Shown here: piece after piece, positions 54,529 through 64,000 of the stretch
Position numbering within the stretch: position 1 is the first letter of the stretch
Layout: each line of letters starts with the position of its first letter
From: Trichosphaerium sp. ATCC 40318
Lineage: Eukaryota > Protista > Tubulinea
DNA length: 64,000 bases
Direction: 5' to 3'
Assembly: GCA_038496445.1 (NCBI GenBank)
Contig: JALMLS010000017.1
Coordinates: 62,001-126,000, forward strand
Program-made: the position numbers and the translations under genes
Notes under the pieces: generated by a model
Told to the model about the DNA's origin: nothing
What the model saw: only the letters and a program-made list of their open reading frames with translations
The model's database searches: none

Positions 54529-55081
54529 AGACTTTTTTGCTTTAATCATTGTTGTGTGCACTAATTGCACAACGTGCTAGGATGTCAGTTATATTTGACG
54601 TTTTATCACAAAACTGCCAATTTTTCGTAGTTTTCTTGAGGCTTTCAATGCAAGTCCAAAACAAGCTACTAACTTTGAGTACTGTACTACAACAGAAAAA
54701 TGATTGGGCTCAACTATTATGGAGATACTTGAGTCATATACCGTTTCGTTTCTGACAACGTGTTTATTTGTTGAAGTTGCTTAACTGATATTCTATTGGG
54801 CACTGTCTAGGTAATAGTACGCATTAGAATCAGGTCATAGCTACCTGGGCACCATCTGGATAGATCTTGCGGCCAAGTGGCAAAACAACACTGTTGTTTC
54901 TGCTTTAATGATGGACTCGCAGTTTGTGTTTTGATGTGTATAAGTTGTTTGTGTTCAATAATGACAGCGAGGATAAAGTGTTACAGGTTTATTTATTTAC
55001 AACTACAGTACGCTTATCGGGTATTTTTTGTGAATCAATAATGCGAAAAGGGGTTTGGAGATAGAGGTGGCTATATCCTTG

Positions 55082-55799
55082 TTACGTTGCGAATGCAACA
55101 GCAGTAACAATGATAAAGATTGCCAACAAGAATAAGATTGTCAACCACAGTATCTTTGTTGATGATTTTACTGCTACTTTATCGACTGTCCTAATAAAGG
55201 TTTTAGCACGTGCAACCTCATTTGTCGAAGACCACTTTAAAAAGTTCAAGCGGCAAAGCAACCCAGTTTTGTAGGAGGGTGTATGTTCGAAAAAAGGACG
55301 TTTAATGAATCAATACGTACTTTGTTGTGTTTTTAATGCGTACAGCAGAACGCATTGTTTTACCATCGATTTCATCGAGTAACACCATTTGTTCATCCGC
55401 TTCGCTATCTTTTTGTTAGTATTAAGGCGTTAACGCTAATTTTTGAGAAGACTTCAAATGACACCATGTTTTGAGCGAAATTTGAGTTATAATGCTTGGG
55501 GACTACGCACCGACTGATTTCTTTTCCGTAGAACATAGTTCTGGAAAGACTGCCATCGAGGTGATCTAATAACTCGTCCTGGTCTACGGTAGTTATTAAT
55601 ACCCAAAGAACGCGTACGGGGTATTATTTGTTGTTGTAATTCATTTTTCAAATAAAACCGGCTTTTAAGGTCACATACTGTCCAAAACACGCTGTTGATC
55701 AACTAATAAATCTTTGTTAGTCCATTGTGCTCGTGGGTCTTCAACATCTTTCATTTCCTCCTCCACTACACCCTCGTCATCACCGAATGGATTATGCAT
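55082..55799 (-). CDS. Qc-type t-SNARE (syntaxin 6/8-like)
   Basis: QDELLDHLDGSL..EADEQMVLLDEID heptads and a C-terminal TM (ILWLTILFLLAIFIIV). Confidence 0.8.
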
Positions 55800-55925
55800 G
55801 TTGGTTATGTTCGTATGGGTAACCGAATGCCTTAAAAAGGGAAATATTTTAAGTAAGAGAGTTCGATTGTTTTGTGCGTTTTTATCGCAGTGAAGAGTTT
55901 TTGACTTGCACAAGTACAACTCGCC

Positions 55926-56857
55926 ATGAACGTAACAGCCGGTGACGTATCATATGAATTGTTTGAGCTTACAGGCCAAAAACTGTTTGAGACGTGGGAG
56001 GTTATTGCAATAGAGAACCCTATCATGCGTTTTGTTTCCAGAAGCATGAGCAGCAAGCCGGTACAGCAATAAATAGCAAATTGTGCCTAACTCCTAGTAG
56101 GCAAAAGAGACTGCTCGTTTCAATGATTTGGGAACCACTTCTCGTGCATACAGTAGAGCCTCTAAATCCAGACCTGTTACAAATGCGCCTTCGCACAAAC
56201 TTTCTGCACTTGAAGCTGAACTGGCCTCTATGCGCCAACAAATGGCTATGCTACTTCAAGCAAGAAGTAATGCAACAAGTATGGCCCCAAGTCAAGCTAC
56301 AAGTCAAGCACCAAGTCAGGCGCCTAGTCAAGCGCCAAGTAAGGCTGCTAGCAGAGTACGAGCCCTCAAGAGTTGCGCAATAACAACTTACAAACGAAAT
56401 GTTTTAGGCACCTAGAAGCCCGCCATTACCAGCGCGTCCTCGCTACAAAGACCAAGTGCAACAGCACCAGTTAAAGCCAAGAACTCCAAACCGCGGTGCA
56501 CCTACAAGAGTTGAAAAAACAGATGACGAGCCAGTACCAGGATTAGCGCTCTCAGACGTATTGCTAGAGTTATCTCGTTCACCTTCAAAGTCATTGAAAC
56601 GTGTAGAAGGCGAAAGGTATAAACTACTTTTTTTGTATTTGATTTGTACACCTCTGCTCATAAATACGTATAGATCTCCTGGTGGCACAGTAAAAACACA
56701 ACGTAGCAATGACAAGATAAATGTCACATTTGAAGAGAACCCACAGCAATTCCTCACACAAGCACTCGAACGCAAGTTTAAGGTATAAAAACTAAAAGAA
56801 AGTAACAAAGAGAGGAACTAACCGACAATGTAGGATAAGGAAGATCCTTGGGCCTAA
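55926..56857 (+). CDS. Mitochondrial fission regulator MTFR1-like protein
   Basis: KLSALEAELASMRQQMA, Pro-rich middle, LKRV..RSPGGT, PQQFLTQALERKF. Confidence 0.6.
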
Positions 56858-57019
56858 AGTGGCTTGTCTACTTACTTGTTTCGCTTATAACGAAGCGAGG
56901 TGTTTCGATTCACTGTACTATAGACGCTGAGAGAGTCATTAAAACTTTTTACTAATAATACAACACAACAGCTTTGTTTCTTCTTCTTCGTACTTTTTCT
57001 TTGCGTTTTTTTTCTATCG

Positions 57020-60000
57020 TTATTCCTTGCCTCTACAAGCTTCGTTCAACATTTGTTGAGCTTGTTGATGTAAGTTTATTATCACTTCTTCATTGAGAGG
57101 TTGCGTTGCGAGGTCGGAAACAAGAGACATGAGCCAATCCTGTAGTGGAACCTTGTCTATCCGTTGAACCAGCCTTGTTGTAATACGATTTGGACCTTCC
57201 CAGACTAAAGCCAAAAATTCTAGAGCACGCCAAACCTCAAAGCTGTAGCAATCTAGTGAGAGCATAAGTAGTTGCAAACAAAAACCAAAACGTTTTTTCC
57301 CTTTGTAACGTACTGTTTTCAAGTGTGCGTATTCGGTTTCCTAGGTATCGTGCAAGGAGCGTCATACCATGTGACGATCTCCAAATTTGATTTAACACAA
57401 ATTGAGAAAATCTTGACAGATCTTTGCATCTGAAAAAACAAACATAAGCAAAAGGAGGAGACGAAATAGACTCAAAGTCTTTGAGAAACAAAAACAAAAC
57501 GTGAAGAAAATTCGACGTTAAAAAAAGAAGAACGTACTCTATGTGGTCTGGAATCTCTTCAAGATCATCTACTCCTCCTTTTGTTATATCTTCAATTACA
57601 ATATCAAATATATTTGAAATCAAAGTTTCCAAAGAAGGTCGTAATTTTGCAACAGCACAAATCTGAGCAATACGAACAAGAGATGTTTCGTCCTTTCTCC
57701 ACTCACAAGATCCGTACAACTTGATAGCTTGTAGGAACATATCTTGTGCCAGTTGTTGGGCATTATTAGGTAACCCAGGCGTTAAAATATGGAAAGCAAC
57801 TTTCCACCCACAAGCCACAACGCAATTTCCGAGTTCGACAACATCATCATCTGAACCCTCAATATCTTCAACTGTCTTGATGAGTGTAGTCAATAGATTC
57901 AATAGACTCTGCTGGAGAGCCAAGTCACCAATACCAAGAACGATATGATCCGTAAGGATAGGTAGGATCGAAGATATAACATGATAATGTAGTTTTTCAA
58001 GAGGTGACGTTTCTACCATACTCAGTAACCACGTGTAAGCTTCTTCAAATGGTGCAGATTTTTTTTTGCTTTAAGTGATTCCGTATGAATGAGTGCCTTG
58101 TAGTACATTGCCACTCCCTTGCAAAGACTGACATGTAATGGCAACACATTATCATAATCAGACTCTTCATCAATCTTGTTGACACAAGTTTGGAGTGCGG
58201 CCTAAAGTCTCATGAGTATGGAGGTGCTACTGGCTAAGGTTGTAGTTGATATAACGTACAATAACTTGTTCGAACTCGTCGCACGCCATGGCGGCTTTGC
58301 GTGTTACTTCACCTTCGAGAGTGGCTTGTAAGAGCATAAAAGACTTCTCTAGCTTCTGGATAGGCTTGAACGAAGACTTTTTAGCCTTCTCATCACCTGT
58401 ACCTTGTCTGACAAGGTGAGCGGTCAAGTTAAGAACAGATCCGAGTTGATTCCATTGAGTAAGACAATGCAACATCCCTTTAAGCAAAGACTTGTTGGAG
58501 AAATGACCAATACCTCTAAAATGGGACAAAAGTTATTTTTTTTGTTCCTTCGTATTGTTCTCTGTTGCTTACCTTTCTTTAAACCGAGATAGCTGTGTAG
58601 TAAGCTTTGTTATCAATTCGGGTACGTTTCCAGCATCCTGTAGACCACAAACGAGATAGAACGCATTCAACGTGTCTGTCTTTTCCTCAACATCTTGTTC
58701 TTCATCAGAATCTTGTAAAGCCTTTGCTACAACACCAAAAATGCGACACATTGAAATATCATCGACTTTCTCTTCCAAGTGCTAATGAAAAAAATATAAG
58801 TCAAAAACTCAACAAACTCTTCAAAAGTACCTCCAGCAACGGCTTGTTCTTCTTTAATGTTAATGCCTTTGCAATGGCATCCCAAAGTACATGTATGATA
58901 CCAAGTACACTCTTGACAACCTCAAAAGTAAGCGGCTCTGAGAAAGAAGAAAGTTAGTATTAAACCCTTTTTTTAAAAGTTTTTGTAAACTTCTGTATAG
59001 CTTGAAGCTTGTATTGTACCTTTGTTGCCTTTCCTACGTTTGGTTCTTGGTGCATCATCACCACTCGATTTAGTAGTATCAATACGCTTTAAAACAAAGT
59101 CCCAAAGATATGTCTAAAGAGGGAAAAAATTACTTTTTGCTTTTCTTGTAGGGAGTTTTGGTACGTACGATAAAAGGTACTACTGTGCCTATTGGAACCA
59201 TTGAAGACACACAAGCATAGAATGATAGTGTAGCATCTGGTTCACTCTTGATCATAGAAAGACAACGCTTGTTGAGATTCTTTGATGTCTTATCGGCAGG
59301 GAAGTAAGTGTCCTTAAGTAGTTGCACATATAGACGCTTTACTTTAATGGATTTCTCAACAGCGAGCTGTTGTAGAAGCGCATCAACTGGTGTAACATCC
59401 CAGAACTTTATAGAACGCATATTCTTGACTTCTAGCAATAACTTAATAAGAGCAACACGAACACGCTCGGATGTGTCGTTAATTAAGTTCTTTAACCGAG
59501 GCAAGTGCTGTGCCATCACTGCTCGGGATAGATGGTTATCCAGTATAACTGTAAGTGCTTGGCACGCACTAACCCGAACGTCTGCAGCGCTACGGTAGAA
59601 ATGAGAATCTTTCTTCAAGAACAAAAAAAGAGGAGTAAGTTGTTACCTTTTATCTCTTGCGAGACGGTCTGTTAATGTAAGGATAAGCACTTGAGCTGTA
59701 TGATGTGGAATAAGTTCCCAGTAGAGAGATAACACTCTTCCTATTGATTCTGCCGCCTGACTACGAACTTGAGGGTAGTCGTCCTTTAAAGCTTTTTGTA
59801 GTGCATCAAATTGTCGTTGTAATGCTGCCTCACGTTCTGGTACATTACAATTTGGATCCACCAAAGGAAACGCAGAGCCGAGTTGAATTACAGCGTTTCG
59901 GCGTACTACAAAATAAAAAATAAGAATAAAACATCCAAATATTCGATGCATAATAATGACGTACCAGCAGGGTTAGCACAAGTTAAAGCACGCCACAATA

Positions 60001-61351
60001 TAGGTTGATATAACCGTGCAAGCATCTCGTCAATAGTCATCAAGTTTGCTTTCTGTTCATGGAAGTGTTTCAAGATAATCTGGCACGCAGCAAGTATTGC
60101 CTTGTTTTGAGCATGAACAGCATAGTGAATGTAATCCTGAATGCAAATATTCTCCAAAGTAAGAAGAGGAAGTCCACTACAGTTCTTCCACGCTTTAAAG
60201 TAGATCTCAGCGTAAGCCTCTACTTGGTGGCGTTTACACGTTGTAAGCTAGTGTAAAAAAGTCAGATCTGTTTCATTATTTATGGCTTTCAGAAATCGAT
60301 GACGTACAGATGTTTTAATAGTAGTATGAAGGCGACTTATGAATTCAGGATGAAGCTCGAAAAGATAGGCCAAGAATCTCTTTCCATCATCTGAAATTAA
60401 GAGTCCTCCATGTATGAAACAGCGTTGTAACAAGCGTTGTAATGACTCTGATCTAAAGAACAAAAAATAATCAGAAGAAATAATGTAGTTAGTTTCTTAC
60501 GATTGATCCTCAAAGTCAATCAATGTGAGCGCTTCTCTAAAGCTGTACAATCGTTTTACGTCTAAAAAATCGTTAAGATAAATGACGACAAGCTCTATCT
60601 TTACCTTTGACCTTTATTGCGCCTGTTTGCTCCAAAACGTTGACAATAAAGAAGGATACTGTTTGTGGTACTAGTAATTCTCTGCCAGCTCGCTCTTGAG
60701 TATACCACAAAGCGCAAACCTCAGCTATTCTGCTTTGAATGGCACGTTCTCCTCCAAGAGAAAACATCAAGCCTGTAAGCGGTTAGCGCTGTTTTATTAC
60801 CCTTTGAACGTACTGTGCAAAGATACCAATACGTTGTATAGTTCTTCAGGTGCTGGTATAGGCCTTGTAGCATTGAGGAATGCATCTAACAAATCACAAC
60901 AACCAATAACGTATTTTTTTTGTAGAGCTGACACCTGATGCGTTGTTACGCGTTGATTGAATGTTTCACAAGGTTTGTACCTCTTTTAATGGTCTTGTCC
61001 CGTTAATGTTTTCTGGAATGTTTTCCTTGTCTGCGTAGTCGTCCTTTTCTTGAATACACTGTTGTGATTAATTCTAGGCGTGTTTTGGCATGAATGTACC
61101 TTATCTAGCTTGGTTTGTAGTCCCTCTCCCAATTTAACGTACATGGTCGCAGAAAGCGCTTGCACTACCTTGGCGAGTGGCATTTTAGCTTTTTTAGCTG
61201 TCTATTAATTGTCAATTCAAAAATTTGTACAAGTGGTCGTGCTTTTAGCGCACTACAAATAGCATACATGTCGTTTAAGGATGCTAAACAGCTCTTCATC
61301 GCCGTCATCATTTTCGAGCGCGTTAATAAGCTCTTTGCCTGCTTTCTTCAT
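57020..61351 (-). CDS. NCAPG2: Condensin II subunit G2 (HEAT repeats)
   Basis: DGKRFLAYLF, IDEMLARLYQPILWRAL..ANPAVRRNA, AFPLVDP, QRQFDAL, VLSLYWELIP, DTSERVRVA, IKFWDV. Confidence 0.9.
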
Positions 61352-61451
61352 TGCTGGGCTTTAAAAACTCAAACGTAGCTTCAATTTTTCTCCCGCCAAA
61401 TAACTTAAGGCAAATAGGCAATTAAGTTTGTTGTAAAATGTTATTCTAGTG

Positions 61452-62840
61452 TTACTCGTCAGTTTTAGTTGACATTCTGAAGATTCCATGCATTATCGGT
61501 CCTCTATTATTTTTGGACGCCATTGATATAACAAAGTACATGGCATCATTTTGGTAATACATACACTTGGTGTATTGAAGGTATGGAACGTTTGTTTTAA
61601 GATGTAAATTGTCATTAGAACCTCGCGATAGGTAGACTTTTACCACACCCTTGTTTTTGGGTACCCATAAATCACCTCGCTTGTCTAGCGCAAAAGCCTC
61701 AAGTCGTTTGAGAATAACAATTATGTAAATATGCTCACCTCAATTAGCTCAGTAGTGGTGTACACTACATCATTTTTATCACCTCGTATTCGTACAATCT
61801 CACTTAGATTGACGTTCATCTTCATGGCATCTCTATGATAACGAAATCCATCGTGATATTCACTACGTATTGAATATCGCAAAACATAAATATCACCTCC
61901 GTGACACCTCACAGTGTCCAGATACGAGTTACAATGCTCTTTTTCAAAAACAGGGTTAGGATTTCTTGGAAGGGTGTGAAGTATCTCTCCTGATGTATAA
62001 AAGAATGTGTTTGGTGATAGTCCTACACAAAATCCATGTGCATTAAATGATGGCTTGCCCCCTCGTGCGTTCAGAGTTTCGAAGTAGTATGGATCAGCGT
62101 TGCACACTAACAACTTATCGTTTGGTTGAGACAAGCTAAATTCTTGAAGCTTTTGAGCGTAGTACACAAGGTACACTTTTCCATCTGTGACATCAACAAA
62201 TTGGGGTTGCAACTGACAAAGATTTTAATGTACAATTGTACTTTGTTCAAAATGCGTACTTTCTTCAAAATGCGTACTTTCTTTTGGTTGTCTTGCTCAG
62301 GATCTGCGATCGCCACGATGCAGGCCGCGCTGCGGTCTAGAGGAATCTTATACAAAACACTTCGTGAGTTGTAGTAACCAGAGAACACAAAGAGTATCTA
62401 TAATTTCAGAATTAGGATCTGATTGTACTAATGAGCCACGTGACTATTTTTTTTTTGGAGGCCTTATTAAATGTTTTAAACTTACCTCGTCAGCGCTGGT
62501 TACAGCAAGGCTTCTTATTTTCTTTACAACATCAGTTTTAGTTAAAGGAGTTTGGCCCGCTGTTGGTTCTTTTAGTTACCATTAATGGTGTTTAGTGCGT
62601 ACCTGGGGATTCGATTGTTTCTGGTAAAACATCTTGTAGTTGGAAAACATTTAAACGGTCCTTGGGTATTTTAGCTTGTAAAGCTGTTTAATTTACCTTA
62701 ATTGGTTGTTTTGTATCAGCGATAGCGCAAAACCACGAACTGACGCGTCTCACTCTTCCTAGAGACAAAATATCTAGAAAATCCACTATTTCATTGACAA
62801 CATCTAATGGTAGTGTAGCAAAGGTCAATTGGTGTTGCAT
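61452..62840 (-). CDS. F-box protein with beta-rich C-terminal region
   Basis: N-terminus MQHQLTFATLPLDVVNEIVDFLDILSLGRVRRVSSWF. Confidence 0.7.
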
Positions 62841-62917
62841 TTAACGTATTTGGTTTTGGTTTGACAATCCGCTCGTTATGGCTTAATTGTTTGGCATTTT
62901 TTTTATCTAAAGCCAAC

Positions 62918-63971
62918 ATGCTCGCCCTCAGATCTTTCAGACGTGTAACCCCTTCATCCACGGTACTACCTTACAGCACGCATCGTGAGTTTATACTGTT
63001 ATAGAGAGTCGCTAGGACTGCACCTGTCCGCAGCTATTGCAAAGGTAGGTATCGCGTAGGAAACAGAGAATAACTAAAAAACACTGTAGCCACGAGAAAA
63101 AAGGTTTTCTTCGACATTGAAATCGCTAGGCAAAACGCTGGTCGCATTACATTTGAAGTACGTTTGATGACCAACAACTAAATGTTAACCCTTTCGCTTA
63201 GTTGGTACGTTTACTTTCGCTCTCTACACGCCACTAAATGACATAATTCAGTACGACGATATCGTACCAAAGACAGCAGAAAACTTTCGCGCTCTTTGCA
63301 CCGGTGAAAAAGGAAAAGCCCAAGGATTTGACTTATCTTACAAGGGCAGCAAGTTCCATCGTATTATTCCTCAATTCGTATCCTTAATCTACAAGTTACT
63401 AACGACACAGTGATTAAATTGATTATTTCTCTTTAATATTATCAAAGATGATCCAAGGAGGTGATTTTACGCGTGGAGATGGTACTGGTGGTCTTTCTGT
63501 ACGTTCTTTGTCATTTTTAATCAAACATTATCATTGTTCTTACTTTCCCTTAGATCTATGGCGCCAAATTCGCAGATGAGAACTTCAAGGCTAAGCACAC
63601 CAAACCAGGTTTGCTCTCTATGGCCAACGCTGGTCCAGGAAGTACGCAGTATTTATATTATGCAGTTTTTCTTTTTTTTCGTATTTTTTGAGATTTCTAT
63701 GAAGCTAATGTTGTTAACTCCTAGCCAACGGTTCTCAATTTTTCATCACCACTGTAAAAACACCATGGCTCGATGGCGCTCATGTAGTCTTCGGACAAGT
63801 AACTGAAGGTACTACTTAGTATTATTTTGGCTCCTTTTAGTTTCCTTCTACTGCAGTTTTTGCTAAACGGAGCTACAAGGAATGGACGTCCTAGAAAAAT
63901 TAGAAGCTCAAGGAACTGGTAGTGGCACCACAAAGACAGAATGCAAAATCAGCGACTGTGGTGAGTTGTAA
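62918..63971 (+). CDS. Cyclophilin-type peptidyl-prolyl isomerase with probable mitochondrial presequence
   Basis: [68 protein letters not shown]. Confidence 0.95.
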
Positions 63972-64000
63972 GCTCTAGATGTCTATCGCAAAGCGATAAA

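Noticed and set aside
54803-54851. Intergenic hairpin (tgtctaggta...tacctgggca)
   Set aside because: Short GU-rich stem with no recognisable ncRNA family features

Overview
Gene-dense, AT-rich eukaryotic nuclear DNA with many very short introns (about 40-60 nt, usually GTAC/GTAA...AG), read in the standard genetic code. It is probably a free-living protist; an amoebozoan is my inference from the FAR-acyltransferase fusion, TALE homeobox, condensin II and intron style. About 31 protein genes can be reconstructed by hand, and the ORF track is fragmented by introns. Most genes are housekeeping: GatA, TRM61, TauE, PITHD1, homoserine kinase, MOCOS, bL25, ERG3, PDSS1, MAPR, SMYD, GDAP2, H3/H4, SNARE, NCAPG2 and cyclophilin. 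The notable items are: (1) a recent tandem pair of stand-alone NRPS-type condensation-domain genes that both end in the peroxisomal signal SKL, about 5.5 kb from a peroxisomal fatty-acyl-reductase/DHAP-acyltransferase fusion; (2) a PH-IQ(x14)-acidic-PP2C phosphatase; (3) divergent H3/H4 genes sharing an identical 39-nt 3' element (histone stem-loop plus a conserved downstream 20-mer); (4) a cyclophilin gene with a 3-nt microexon and a U12-type-looking intron; (5) an MTFR1-like gene; (6) two Trp-repeat genes. Gene spans include introns; splice models are manual and unverified.
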